64,000 nt of DNA from an uncultured bacterium (GCA_963705915.1 OY970126.1:102753-166752); one strand, 5' to 3'; shown: positions 20,254 through 30,289, counted from the first letter of the stretch. Notes: generated by a model from the sequence alone, not told the origin. Made by a program: numbers and translations.

Positions 20254-21263
20254 GTGAACTACGACAGGACATTATATCGGGCGATTGGATGATCCTTGCC
20301 CCGGGGCGCGCAGAGCGACCGCAATTTTTGGACGTAAAAAAGAAGGCACGGAAACCATCGCCAAAAAGCACATGCCCATTTGAAAACCTGCAGGCGTCCG
20401 GCAACTGGCCGCCGATTTTGGTATATCCAGAGAAAAACCTTTTGAATGACAAATGGAAAATCGCCGTGATCCGTAACAAATACCCGGCGCTCATGCCGAG
20501 CAATGTCTGTTCGAAGCCCACGGCGCACGGGATGTATCACGGCATGACAGGAATCGGTGCGCACAATTTGATCATCACGCGTGATCACAATAAAAACTTC
20601 GCCGACCTTGATCGCGCAACGGCAGTGAAACTTTTTGAAATCATACAGGCATGCCACATGCTTGCCTCCCAGGACCAATGCGCAGAATATGTTTCATCAT
20701 TCTTCAACTGGGGACCGACCTCCGGCGCCTCAATCTGGCATCCGCACTATCAAGTGCTCGCATTACCCATGGTTCCGACGCACACCATCAATTCGCTCCG
20801 CGGCGCTCACCGCTATTTTGAACAACATCATCGGTGCGTCCGATGCGACATGATCAAAGATGAGAAAAAAGAGAAGGTTCGGGTGATCGAAGAAAATGCC
20901 CAGGCGATTGCCATCGCGCCATATGCTTCAAAGTCTCCGATGGAGGTTTCCATTATACCCAAAAAGCATTTGCCATCGTTCCGGGAGACACCACAGGCAA
21001 CGGTCGCCGGCGTGGCAACGCTTCTGCAATCGGTCATGAAACGCATCCGCCGCTATGCGAACGATCCGGACCTCAACTTCTTCGTGCATGACGCGCCGCT
21101 CACCCATGGCAATTACCGTAAGCGCGATTATCGCTATCATCACTGGCACGTCGAAGTGGTTCCTAAACTTTCAATTCCTGCCGGCTTTGAGCTTTCAACC
21201 TGGATCGATATCAACACCATCGACCCGGATCGTGCCGCAGCAATTTTGCGCGGAGAGCAATAG
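20250..21263 (+). CDS. galT: Galactose-1-phosphate uridylyltransferase family
   Basis: MSELRQD, CPF, GAS..HPH.Q, YHHWHVE. Confidence 0.85.
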   Translation: MSELRQDIISGDWMILAPGRAERPQFLDVKKKARKPSPKSTCPFENLQASGNWPPILVYPEKNLLNDKWKIAVIRNKYPALMPSNVCSKPTAHGMYHGMTGIGAHNLIITRDHNKNFADLDRATAVKLFEIIQACHMLASQDQCAEYVSSFFNWGPTSGASIWHPHYQVLALPMVPTHTINSLRGAHRYFEQHHRCVRCDMIKDEKKEKVRVIEENAQAIAIAPYASKSPMEVSIIPKKHLPSFRETPQATVAGVATLLQSVMKRIRRYANDPDLNFFVHDAPLTHGNYRKRDYRYHHWHVEVVPKLSIPAGFELSTWIDINTIDPDRAAAILRGEQ

Positions 21264-21279
21264 CCTGCGCCGGGGATTC

Positions 21280-21624
21280 ATGAAAAAAATATTACGATAT
21301 CGGACGGTAAGCGCGATTTCTTTTTTCTCGATCATACTTGTCCTCGGTGGCGGCATTTGGGCGATCGCAGCGCTTGCCGCAACAGGCAGTGGCCCGTTCA
21401 TTGTACACTTCGACGATCTGTCGGGGATAACATCCGTTGGTGGCCTTGCCCCCATCATCTTTATGGGCGTCATCGGTCTTATCGTCACCGTTATGAATTT
21501 TTTTATCGCGCTCGAGCTCGAGTCCCGCGACCGGTTTTTAGGGAAACTTACCGTTGCTGGGACGCTTATCTTTGCCGTCTTGCTTTTTATCGCCTTTGCG
21601 GCTATTATTAACGTCAATGTCTGA
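21280..21624 (+). CDS. Small membrane protein
   Basis: Three hydrophobic helices, IVHF...GI motif; overlaps rplU start. Confidence 0.7.
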   Translation: MKKILRYRTVSAISFFSIILVLGGGIWAIAALAATGSGPFIVHFDDLSGITSVGGLAPIIFMGVIGLIVTVMNFFIALELESRDRFLGKLTVAGTLIFAVLLFIAFAAIINVNV

Positions 21625-21919
21625 TTTTGCCATCATCCAAACCGGAGGAAAACAATACAAGGTTTCAGCCGGGCAAAAATTGAGAGTAGAGAAGCTTGAG
21701 CCGAAAGGCGACACGGCTTCATTCGACGTTTTGCTCCGTTCGACCGGCGGCAAGGTTGAAGTCGGCACGCCAACGCTTGCGAGCGCCGCTCAAGGCCGCT
21801 TCGTTGGCGACGTCCGCGGCGAAAAGAAGATCATTTTTAAATATCATTCGAAAACGCGTTTCCGCAAGAAGAAAGGACATCGCCAGGATTACACTGAAAT
21901 CGAAATTACGAAGATATAA
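21617..21919 (+). CDS. rplU: 50S ribosomal protein L21
   Basis: FAIIQTGGKQYKV, GHRQDYT. Confidence 0.96.
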   Translation: MSDFAIIQTGGKQYKVSAGQKLRVEKLEPKGDTASFDVLLRSTGGKVEVGTPTLASAAQGRFVGDVRGEKKIIFKYHSKTRFRKKKGHRQDYTEIEITKI

Positions 21920-21948
21920 AAAGAGCTCCGCGAACGGGGCTCTTTTTA
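21918..21948. terminator. Bidirectional terminator
   Basis: AAAAAGAGCTCCG-CGAA-CGGGGCTCTTTTT. Confidence 0.75.
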
Positions 21949-21966
21949 TTGCTATTTGTAAACCGA

Positions 21967-22389
21967 TTAGTGCCACGCGCCGAGGATCGCGCCCATAAGG
22001 CAGAGCCCGACGAGGTAGTAACACACGTTCAAAAGCCAGAGCGTCCAGGGTTTTCCTTCCCAGAGCGTTGGCGTGAGTGTGAGCGGCACCGCAAAACCGA
22101 GCCACATATAGAGCGCGATATGGATGCCGTACGTTGCCGTCCAGATCAAATAATGCGCTTCAGCGGAATTGATAAAAACGGCGAGCACCCAGCTCATAAG
22201 GAGGGCGCCGATCAGCATGAATACATACGACCCGCCCATACCCTTCGCTTTCATACCCTGCATCTTCGAATCACTCATGCCGTTCAATTTTGTCCACGCT
22301 TTTCCGAAGAGCGGGCCATACCACAAGCTTCCGAGGAGCATTTGCACGATCGCCGCAACGATCACAGCCCAATAATTAATAGCAATCAT
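21967..22389 (-). CDS. DUF1761-family membrane protein
   Basis: INYWAVIVAA...G.LWYGPLFGKAW. Confidence 0.85.
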   Translation of the reverse strand: MIAINYWAVIVAAIVQMLLGSLWYGPLFGKAWTKLNGMSDSKMQGMKAKGMGGSYVFMLIGALLMSWVLAVFINSAEAHYLIWTATYGIHIALYMWLGFAVPLTLTPTLWEGKPWTLWLLNVCYYLVGLCLMGAILGAWH

Positions 22390-22487
22390 GGTTGTTGTAT
22401 TTTTTCGACCCTTTCATACAGTATAGCAATTTGCCTTCCTGTTCCGACTGGCTCTCGGCAGGTTTCAGGGCGTGGTAAAATTTCTCT

Positions 22488-23240
22488 ATGGCTAAATTAC
22501 TTGCGGCGAACTGGAAGGAAAATCCGAATTCGGAGAAAGCAGCGCTCGAACTCTTTCGGGCGGTGAGCCATGGTACTAGCGGCAAGCAACCTGCCATTAT
22601 TGTTTGTCCGCCATTTATCTATCTTGAGAAAATCGCTGATGAGTTTAAGCGATTAAGGGTGAAGAAAAATCTAGCGCTCGGCGCACAGGATGTTTTTTGG
22701 GAAGAACAAGGACCCTTCACGAGCGAAGTGGGGCCAAAAATGTTGAAATCGCTCAGTATGCGCTATGTGATCATTGGCCACTCCGAGCGTCGCCGATGGC
22801 TCCACGAAACCGACGCGATGGTGAATAAAAAAATAAAACTTGCGCTCAAGGATGGTCTTATCGTCATACTGTGTGTCGGCGAGTCGCTCGCGATACGAAG
22901 AAAAGGGGAGAACGTTGCAAAAGATTTTATTAAATCCCAATTAAAAAAAGATTTGGCTGGCGTCCTGCCTGAGAAGATAAAGAAGTCGGTCGTAATAGCT
23001 TACGAGCCCATCTGGGCCATTGGCACCGGGAAATCAGACAAGCCCGTGGACGCTGCACGAATCGCTGATTTCATTAAAAAAATGACGAAGACAAAAGTGC
23101 TCTATGGAGGGTCGGTTAATATCAAGAATATTCGTGATTTTGTACAATTAAGGGAGATTGATGGTGCGCTTGTCGGTGGCGCAAGCCTCAAAGCAAGTGA
23201 GTTCAAAAAAATGATAAAAGTCGTTGCAAAATTACCATAA
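22488..23240 (+). CDS. tpiA: Triosephosphate isomerase
   Basis: ANWK, IGHSERR, AYEPIWAIGTG, LYGGSV, LVGGAS. Confidence 0.96.
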   Translation: MAKLLAANWKENPNSEKAALELFRAVSHGTSGKQPAIIVCPPFIYLEKIADEFKRLRVKKNLALGAQDVFWEEQGPFTSEVGPKMLKSLSMRYVIIGHSERRRWLHETDAMVNKKIKLALKDGLIVILCVGESLAIRRKGENVAKDFIKSQLKKDLAGVLPEKIKKSVVIAYEPIWAIGTGKSDKPVDAARIADFIKKMTKTKVLYGGSVNIKNIRDFVQLREIDGALVGGASLKASEFKKMIKVVAKLP

Positions 23241-23252
23241 CCTTTAATCGCT

Positions 23253-24008
23253 ATGGAAAAACAAAAACATTATTTCTGGTTCCTGTTGAACGTTCTCCTG
23301 GTCGTCATGATTCTTGTGGCTGTGTTTCTCGGTATACCGTTTGTCTCGGCAATGAAATCTTCATACGTGCCGGCACGGACGATGACGGTGAGTGCAGAAG
23401 GCCAAACCTCCGCAACCCCAGACCTTGCGGAAATTTCATTCTCGGTTGTCACACAAGGGACGAGTCCTCAAACGTTGAGCACAAACAATACATCAAAGAT
23501 GAATGCGGTATTGCAGTTCGTTGCGTCACAGGGCATTTCGGCGAGCGATACGGCAACGACCGGATACGATCTTGAACCGAATTATCAATACGACACAACG
23601 TCGCAGCGGCAGTACATCACCGGCTACACGCTCACGCAGACCGTGACCGTGAAAATCCACGACTTAACAAAAGTCGCCTCGGTGCTTGGCGGTCTTGCTC
23701 CGCTTGGCGTGAATGAGATCGGCGGCGTGAACTTCACTTTCAACGATCCGGAAGCGGCCCTTGCGCCGGCGCGTGCTGATGGTTTTGCAAAGGCAGAAGC
23801 AAAAGCTCAAGAGATGGCATCGGAAACCGGTGTTTCGCTCGGAGCGATCATCAATGTTTCGGAAAGCGGCACAACGCCTCCGCCGGGACCGATCTATAGC
23901 ATGGCAAGCGGTGGGGGTGCCGCAGTCGGCGAAGCTGTGCCACCAACCATCGAACCCGGCACGCAGGATCTCACGGACAACGTGACGATCACGTATGCGT
24001 TGCAGTAG
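23253..24008 (+). CDS. SIMPL (DUF541) domain protein
   Basis: TVSAEG....PDLA.ISF.V, A...A.AKA..MA...GV.LG. Confidence 0.88.
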   Translation: MEKQKHYFWFLLNVLLVVMILVAVFLGIPFVSAMKSSYVPARTMTVSAEGQTSATPDLAEISFSVVTQGTSPQTLSTNNTSKMNAVLQFVASQGISASDTATTGYDLEPNYQYDTTSQRQYITGYTLTQTVTVKIHDLTKVASVLGGLAPLGVNEIGGVNFTFNDPEAALAPARADGFAKAEAKAQEMASETGVSLGAIINVSESGTTPPPGPIYSMASGGGAAVGEAVPPTIEPGTQDLTDNVTITYALQ

Positions 24009-24043
24009 CCAATCGGCGGTGCGGCTCGGAGCCTCAAGATGCC

Positions 24044-24658
24044 ATGAATAAAACCGACTGGAGAGCAATCCTCATTATTGGCGGTGGTGTTGGCCTGCTC
24101 ATTCAACCCATCCTTGCGAATAATATTCCGGCGGCCGACTTCTCGTATCTCACCCTCCCGTTTCGCATAGGAATATTTTTGTTCTTCTTGATCGCTGCCC
24201 CGGCCGCGCTTGCGCTCGCACGACTGCTCTCCCGTTGGATCAAAGGGCTCTACCAGTTCGCCCAGTTCGCAGCCGTTGGCACGTTGAATAGCTTCATCGA
24301 TGTCGGCGTGTTCAACTTGGAAACATTCCTCCTTGGCACTTCGCTCATCAGCAATACGCTCTTCGCCGCATTCAAAGCAATCTCATTCCTTTGCGCCACA
24401 ACGAACAGTTTCGTGTGGAATAAACATTGGACGTTCGGCTCGCGTGATAAAGCAAGCGCAAAAGAACTTGGAGGTTTTTACGGCGTGGCCGTCGTCGGAT
24501 GGGTTTTGAATGTCACCGCGGCAACCATCGTGAAAGCGATGGGGCCCGTCGACTCACATGTCTGGGTAAACATCGTCGCGCCGTTTGCCGGGATCATCGT
24601 CTCGTTTGCGTGGAACTTTGTGGGGTATAAGTATTGGGTGTTCAAGAAGAAAGATTAA
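24044..24658 (+). CDS. GtrA-family membrane protein
   Basis: QFAAVG.LNSFID, NSFVWNKHWTF, WNFVGYKYWVF. Confidence 0.85.
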   Translation: MNKTDWRAILIIGGGVGLLIQPILANNIPAADFSYLTLPFRIGIFLFFLIAAPAALALARLLSRWIKGLYQFAQFAAVGTLNSFIDVGVFNLETFLLGTSLISNTLFAAFKAISFLCATTNSFVWNKHWTFGSRDKASAKELGGFYGVAVVGWVLNVTAATIVKAMGPVDSHVWVNIVAPFAGIIVSFAWNFVGYKYWVFKKKD

Positions 24659-24673
24659 TTGTATAAAGGTTGT

Positions 24674-25606
24674 ATGGAAAATCCAATAAAAAACGGGGAA
24701 GCGGTTGAGCACGATCAAGAAGCATTAGTAGAAAAAATTTACGACGAGGTATCGGTCCAAAAGAAAAAAGATCCAGCCAATCCCGAAAAAGAAACTCCCT
24801 TGCTTGAAGGCGTTGCCCCTGAGCGAGTGAAGCGTGTCATTCAAGAGTCCTTGGCACGGATGGACAGTTTTATCGAAGCCGCAGATCGGGATGAAGCGAC
24901 CGGGTTGAAGATTGATAAAGAAACCGCAGAAAAAATCGGAGCAATTTGGATTTATTCAGGCGTGGGAACCTACGATCTCCCTTACAAGCCAAATGATAAT
25001 CCACGTCTCCGTAAGTCTTTTATGGCGGGAACGAATCGTGAGCGCATTGACCATACGGTTCTTCTTGCAAGACGTATTGCGGAAGCGCGCAGCGGTAAAC
25101 GGCTACCGCTCAAAAAGGGTGGATCAAAAGAGGAGCGAAAAGCATATACGGAGGCCATGAAGGAAATGATGGCGGAATTTGCTCCCTATATTGTCTTCGG
25201 TGGCCATGAAAATGAGAATCAGGACATCGAAGAAGTCTTGGAGCGTGATGGCATCATCATCCCGCAGGAGAAAGTGAGTATCATTCGCCGGAAGGACGGC
25301 GAGAAAATGTACTCCACGGCAGATCAGGTTGAACATTTCATTTCTCCCGAAGAAGTCAGAGACAAAGAAGTCGCATTCGTCTCGAACGATATTCATTTAA
25401 ATAGGATTCTCCTCATCCTTAAAAAAATAATCGAGAAATATCCTGACCACCTTCCGCAGGGAAAGCCGGTCCATCTATTTCCGACGCCAACGATGCCGAG
25501 TGGCCGCGAAGAGTTCAAGTATATGGAGGCTTCAAATATCATCCGTTACATCTATGATTTCAAACGGGCGGCCGAAGAGCCATATCCATATACCCTCGAA
25601 AGATAA
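24674..25606 (+). CDS. Hypothetical protein with divergent DUF218/ElyC-like fold
   Basis: R.RID..V.L, IVFGG, ST.DQ, FVSN..HL.R resemble YdcF/ElyC motifs. Confidence 0.5.
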   Translation: MENPIKNGEAVEHDQEALVEKIYDEVSVQKKKDPANPEKETPLLEGVAPERVKRVIQESLARMDSFIEAADRDEATGLKIDKETAEKIGAIWIYSGVGTYDLPYKPNDNPRLRKSFMAGTNRERIDHTVLLARRIAEARSGKRLPLKKGGSKEERKAYTEAMKEMMAEFAPYIVFGGHENENQDIEEVLERDGIIIPQEKVSIIRRKDGEKMYSTADQVEHFISPEEVRDKEVAFVSNDIHLNRILLILKKIIEKYPDHLPQGKPVHLFPTPTMPSGREEFKYMEASNIIRYIYDFKRAAEEPYPYTLER

Positions 25607-25627
25607 TAAAAAAGCCCAGAGCGCCTC

Positions 25628-25656
25628 TTGCAATTTTACGAGAACCCTGCTATAAT
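25628..25656 (+). promoter_or_regulatory. Sigma70 promoter driving sRNA-1
   Basis: TTGCAA-17-TGcTATAAT with no ORF before the next terminator. Confidence 0.75.
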
Positions 25657-25663
25657 GACCTAC

Positions 25664-25749
25664 GAATGAGTGTGAGTGTGCTTAATTATTTATGAGGCAC
25701 ACGCCCTCTGTTCTATTTGGCCAAAAACCCCGCAAGGGGTTTTTGGTTT
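25664..25749 (+). ncRNA. Candidate small RNA (sRNA-1) complementary to the downstream RNA
   Basis: Promoter, hairpin GTGTGCTT/AGGCACAC, terminator GCCAAAAACCCC-GCAA-GGGGTTTTTGGT; 10 bp plus 15 bp complementarity to 25792-25821. Confidence 0.65.
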
Positions 25750-25775
25750 ATAGCGCCCTGCTTGCTATACTGATA

Positions 25776-25890
25776 GCGGAGCAGCTAGAGAGCACTCGTT
25801 CAACACAAATAGAACTGGAGGTCACCATAGCCGCTCCGCCCAGCACTTTTTGATGCCGTGCGAAAGAGTTCTGAGCGGAGCGGCCTTTTT
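25776..25890 (+). ncRNA. Candidate structured RNA with two mutually exclusive stems and terminator (partner of sRNA-1)
   Basis: TGcTATACT at 25763-25771; 25830-25839 can pair with 25776-25785 or perfectly with 25875-25884, which is followed by TTTTT. Confidence 0.6.
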
Positions 25891-25910
25891 ATTCTATCTA
25901 TCTATAATCA

Positions 25911-26885
25911 ATGACCAAGCGATTTCAGGAAAACGTTTCATTGGCTCCCTACAGCCATTACAAAATCGGCGGCCCCGCGCGATATTTTTTTAACGCAAAA
26001 ACGGAAAAAGATATCGTGTGGGCGATTAAAGAAGCAAAAAAGCTCAAGCTCAAGATTTTTATTTTAGCCGGTGGCACCAATATTCTCATCGGCGATAAAG
26101 GTTTTAACGGATTGGTTTTGCGACCAGATATACAAATAATCAAGGCAAAGGGGACAACGCTCACCGTGGGCGCTGGCGCGCACATGGAGGACGTCCTCAA
26201 TTTTGCGGTAAAAAAATCGCTGTCCGGGCTTGAATGGGCTGGTGGCTTGCCGGGAACGCTCGGCGGCGCGATCCGTGGTAACGCCGGATGTTTTGGCGGT
26301 GAGATTAAAGACAATGTGGTTTCGGTGCGGAGTTTGGACACGAAGACCATGAAAATAAAAAAGCTCTCGCTGAAGGATTGTAAATTTTCATATCGCGACA
26401 GCATCTTCAAGCAAAAAAATGGAACCGAAGTCGTGCTTGACGCCACGCTCCGGCTTGCAAAAGGGGATAAGAAAAAAATCCTCGCGAGCATAAAGGAAAA
26501 AATTGCGCATCGCGTCAAGCATCATCCACTTGAACATCCGAACATCGGGAGCACATTCAAGAATGTGCCGTTATGGATGATTCATAAAAAGGGCAGCAAG
26601 GAATACCATACGGCGCTCGCAAACGCCCGCCTTGTTTGGAACGGTTCAGAGTTTTCCGTGAAGATGGATCCGTTTCCTGTGATTTCGGCAGCCAAGCTCA
26701 TCAGCGAGTCAGGTTTGCGCGGTGTGAGTTTCGGCGGCGCGATGATCTCGCCAAAGCATCCGAATTTCATTGTGAACGTCCTTGAGGCTAACGCCCAGGA
26801 CGTGCAGACGCTCATCGAGCTCGCCAAAGCGGAAGTCGGGAGGCGATTTGGTGTAGAATTAGAAGAGGAGGTGCAAGTGCTCTAG
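25911..26885 (+). CDS. murB: UDP-N-acetylenolpyruvoylglucosamine reductase
   Basis: IGGPA, GGTNIL, GLPGTLGGA..NAG, F.YR.S.FK, GSTFKN, KHPNFIVN, LEEEV. Confidence 0.95.
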   Translation: MTKRFQENVSLAPYSHYKIGGPARYFFNAKTEKDIVWAIKEAKKLKLKIFILAGGTNILIGDKGFNGLVLRPDIQIIKAKGTTLTVGAGAHMEDVLNFAVKKSLSGLEWAGGLPGTLGGAIRGNAGCFGGEIKDNVVSVRSLDTKTMKIKKLSLKDCKFSYRDSIFKQKNGTEVVLDATLRLAKGDKKKILASIKEKIAHRVKHHPLEHPNIGSTFKNVPLWMIHKKGSKEYHTALANARLVWNGSEFSVKMDPFPVISAAKLISESGLRGVSFGGAMISPKHPNFIVNVLEANAQDVQTLIELAKAEVGRRFGVELEEEVQVL

Positions 26886-26944
26886 ACCTCGTCCAGTCTA
26901 CGTTGTCGAACAACACAGGTTGGGGGTAAACCATAATAACCATA

Positions 26945-27265
26945 ATGAAAATAACTATCACAAAGGCGAGTGACCTTACGCCGTCACTGTCGATTTACAT
27001 CGAAACCAAGTTTGGCAGCCTTGCAAAGTACGTTAAAAAATTTGACGAAAAGGGCGAAGCGGAAATCTGGCTCGAAGTTTCCCGCACGTCGCAGCATCAT
27101 CGGAAAGGAGAGGTGTTCAAAGCCGCTGCAGATCTTCGCTTGCCCAAAAAAATTTTGCGTGCAGAAGAATATGCCGATGATATTCGCGTTGCGATTGATC
27201 GCGCGCGCAACACGTTGCGATTAGAAATTGAAAAATACAAAACGAAACGCGAGCGACAATCGTAA
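26945..27265 (+). CDS. hpf: Ribosome hibernation factor (HPF/RaiA)
   Basis: LTPSL..YIE.K, LRAEE...DI..AID. Confidence 0.85.
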   Translation: MKITITKASDLTPSLSIYIETKFGSLAKYVKKFDEKGEAEIWLEVSRTSQHHRKGEVFKAAADLRLPKKILRAEEYADDIRVAIDRARNTLRLEIEKYKTKRERQS

Positions 27266-27398
27266 GTTATCCACAGCAAGGGCGAAGTGCGATTCTATAT
27301 ACTGAAAGTATAGAACTTTCGAACTGCGAGGCCGCGTGCCCGGTTCGAAACATAATTGGGGTGGTCGGCAACCCAAAAAAAAGAAAATAAAAACTGCT

Positions 27399-27473
27399 AT
27401 GGCAAAGAAAAAGCGGAAAGCGGCGAAGAAGAAGACCACAAAGCGGAAAGCAAAGAAGAGCCGCCGCAGATAG
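27399..27473 (+). CDS. 24-aa Lys/Arg-rich basic peptide
   Basis: MAKKKRKAAKKKTTKRKAKKSRRR*, own upstream -10 (TATACT), A-rich initiation region, terminator at about 27486-27517. Confidence 0.65.
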   Translation: MAKKKRKAAKKKTTKRKAKKSRRR

Positions 27474-27592
27474 CATCGATTGTCACAAAATGCTTCGGAG
27501 CAATCCGGGGCATTTTTGTTTGCGGGCGAACGTCGCCGATCGGGCCGGAAGCCACTTTTCGGAATCGTTTAAATGATTTATAATAATGGCCT

Positions 27593-30289
27593 ATGTTTGA
27601 TTCACTAAAGAAGGTTTTTGGAGGGAATCATGTGGCTGCTTTCCAAAGGAAAGTGGATGAAATTAGCGCCCTCGAGCCGGAAATTGCAAAGCTTTCTGAC
27701 GACCAAATAAAAGAGCGAAGCCTCAAATTAAAGGAGGGGATTTCGGGCGGTTCTACGCCTACTGTTGATACGGACAGCGTCACGGAAGAGGTTCGCGATC
27801 CGAACGACTCGCTTGATAGCATCCTTCCAGAAGCATTTGCCCTCGCGCGCGAAGCCGCGCGGCGAACGCTTGGCCAGCGGCCGTTCGACGTGCAGCTCAT
27901 GGGTGGCGTCGCGCTTCACGAGGGGTCGGTTGCCGAAATGATGACTGGTGAAGGAAAAACACTCGCGGCGGTTGCGCCGACGTATCTTAATGCGCTCACC
28001 GGGAAAGGCGTGCATGTCGTGACCGTGAACGAATATCTTGCGCGACGCGACGCAGTATGGATGGGACAAGTGTATCGCGCGCTCGGTTTGAGTGTCGCGT
28101 GCATCGTTCCCGGCGCGGCATTTTTGTACGACCCCGAATGGAAAATTCCGGAAGACGCCGAGAAGCTTGCGGAAAAAGCCGTTGACGTCACGGGAAGTTT
28201 TTTGGTTCAGCAGGATTTCTTGCGGCCGGTGAATCGGCGCGAAGCCTATCAGGCAGATATCACCTATGGCACGAACCACGAATTTGGTTTTGATTACCTG
28301 CGCGATAATTTGGCCTATAGCATTGAAGGTCAGGTTCAGCGCGGGCACCACTACGCGATCATCGATGAAGTCGACAGTATTTTGATTGACGAAGCGCGTA
28401 CGCCGCTTATCATCGCTGCGCCGGACATGCAGTCAAGCGATTTTTATAAGACCTTCGCGCGCGTGGCGGCAAACTTGGTAAAAGAAGAGGATTACGATGT
28501 TGATGAAAAGCGGAAGACCGTTGCCATCACCGACGCCGGTGTTGAGAAGGTTGAAAAAATGGTCGGTGTGCAAAATATTTACGCGCCGGAAAACATCCGC
28601 CTTGTGCACTACCTGGAAGAGAGCGTAAAGGCTCATGCGTTGTTCCATCGCGACCGCGATTACGTGGTAAAAAACGACGAAGTGATCATCGTCGACGAAT
28701 TCACCGGCCGGATGCTCCTCGGCCGCCGCTATCAGGCCGGACTCCATCAGGCGATCGAGGCAAAGGAAGGCGTGAAAGTGAAAGACGAATCTCGCACATA
28801 CGGCAAAATTTCCATCCAAAACTATTTCCGCATGTACGAAAAAATCGCCGGCATGACGGGAACCGCCCAGACATCAGCCGAAGAATTTTATAAAGTCTAC
28901 GAACTCGACGTGGAAAGCATTCCGCCGAACCGTCCGCTCGCACGAAAAGATTTGAATGACCTCATCTATAAGAACCTTGGCGCGAAGGTTCAGGCGATTG
29001 TAAAAGAAGTCCGTGACCGTCAGCAAAAAGGGCAGCCGGTGCTCCTTGGTACTACGTCAATTGCCAAGAACGAAATCATCTCAGCCGCGCTTGCGCAGGC
29101 GAACGTCAAGCATGAGGTATTGAACGCAAAAAATAACGAGCGTGAAGGTGCGATCATCGCGCAAGCCGGCAAGCCGGGAGCCGTCACGGTTGCAACGAAC
29201 GTCGCCGGCCGCGGCGTCGACATTTTGCTTGGCGGCAATCCGCCGACACCGGAAGAAGCTGAGAAAGTCCGCGCGCTTGGTGGTTTACACGTGATCGGCA
29301 CCGACCGGCACGAAGCCCGCCGCATCGACAATCAGCTCCGCGGCCGCGCCGGGCGCCAAGGCGACCCGGGATCTTCGCAGTTTTTCCTTTCACTCGAAGA
29401 TGATTTGCTCCGCATTTTCGGCGGCGACCGGATCAAGGGCCTCATGGAACGCTTTGACCTGCCGGAAGACCAGCCGATTGAGTTCGGCATGGTTACCAAA
29501 GCGGTTGCACAGGCGCAGGAAAAAGTTGAAGGAGCGAACTTCGATCTCCGCAAACACCTGCTCGACTACGACGACGTTTTAAACAAACAGCGCGGCGCAA
29601 TTTATAAGAAGAGGCAGGAGTGGCTCGGCATACTTGATAAGAACGACCTCGCCCAAGCAATCGCCGACGCCGCGCTTGCGCACTTTGAGGTAGCGCTCGC
29701 GCCCCGCCTTGCAGAAGAGAGTGTTGAGGGGCAGCCCATCGGGAAAGAGGCGGTTATAAAAGCCTTTCACGATGCCCAAATCACACTCAACCCGGAAAAC
29801 GATTTTGAGAAATCTATCACCATGCAGAGTGAAAAAGTTGCCGAGCATCCGCTCGCAAAAAATAATCTGCTTGGCATTCTCGACATGCTGTGGATGACGA
29901 ATCTCGAAGACCTCGAGGCGCTTCAGGAGTCCGTTGGCTTGCGCGCCTATGGCCAACGCGACCCGCTCGTTGAATACCGCCAAGAAGCAAGCCGGCTTTT
30001 CAAAGCGTTTTGGAGCAATTTCGATGGATGGGTATTTGCGAATATGTTTAAGTTGGTAAATACGACGGCAGTGAACACTTCGCCGACAAGTGGTGGCGTG
30101 ATCAATATCCAGGCCCCAGCCAGTGTTAGCACGGCAGGAAAAGCAGATGAAAAAATTGGGCGCAATGAGCCCTGTCCGTGTGGTAGCGGCAAGAAATGGA
30201 AGAAGTGCGGACTTTTGAACACGCCTGAGCACCAAAAAAATATGGCGCAACGGGCGTCAAAACCAAAACACGAAGTGATAGGAGGATAA
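27593..30289 (+). CDS. secA: Protein translocase subunit SecA
   Basis: MMTGEGKT, DEVDSILIDEARTPLII, RGRAGRQGDPG, C-terminal SEC-C motif. Confidence 0.97.
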   Translation: MFDSLKKVFGGNHVAAFQRKVDEISALEPEIAKLSDDQIKERSLKLKEGISGGSTPTVDTDSVTEEVRDPNDSLDSILPEAFALAREAARRTLGQRPFDVQLMGGVALHEGSVAEMMTGEGKTLAAVAPTYLNALTGKGVHVVTVNEYLARRDAVWMGQVYRALGLSVACIVPGAAFLYDPEWKIPEDAEKLAEKAVDVTGSFLVQQDFLRPVNRREAYQADITYGTNHEFGFDYLRDNLAYSIEGQVQRGHHYAIIDEVDSILIDEARTPLIIAAPDMQSSDFYKTFARVAANLVKEEDYDVDEKRKTVAITDAGVEKVEKMVGVQNIYAPENIRLVHYLEESVKAHALFHRDRDYVVKNDEVIIVDEFTGRMLLGRRYQAGLHQAIEAKEGVKVKDESRTYGKISIQNYFRMYEKIAGMTGTAQTSAEEFYKVYELDVESIPPNRPLARKDLNDLIYKNLGAKVQAIVKEVRDRQQKGQPVLLGTTSIAKNEIISAALAQANVKHEVLNAKNNEREGAIIAQAGKPGAVTVATNVAGRGVDILLGGNPPTPEEAEKVRALGGLHVIGTDRHEARRIDNQLRGRAGRQGDPGSSQFFLSLEDDLLRIFGGDRIKGLMERFDLPEDQPIEFGMVTKAVAQAQEKVEGANFDLRKHLLDYDDVLNKQRGAIYKKRQEWLGILDKNDLAQAIADAALAHFEVALAPRLAEESVEGQPIGKEAVIKAFHDAQITLNPENDFEKSITMQSEKVAEHPLAKNNLLGILDMLWMTNLEDLEALQESVGLRAYGQRDPLVEYRQEASRLFKAFWSNFDGWVFANMFKLVNTTAVNTSPTSGGVINIQAPASVSTAGKADEKIGRNEPCPCGSGKKWKKCGLLNTPEHQKNMAQRASKPKHEVIGG

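Noticed and set aside
27740-27810. Short insertion in the SecA N-terminus as an intein or mobile palindrome
   Set aside because: About 20 aa, no intein motifs and no convincing palindrome; likely a variable loop.
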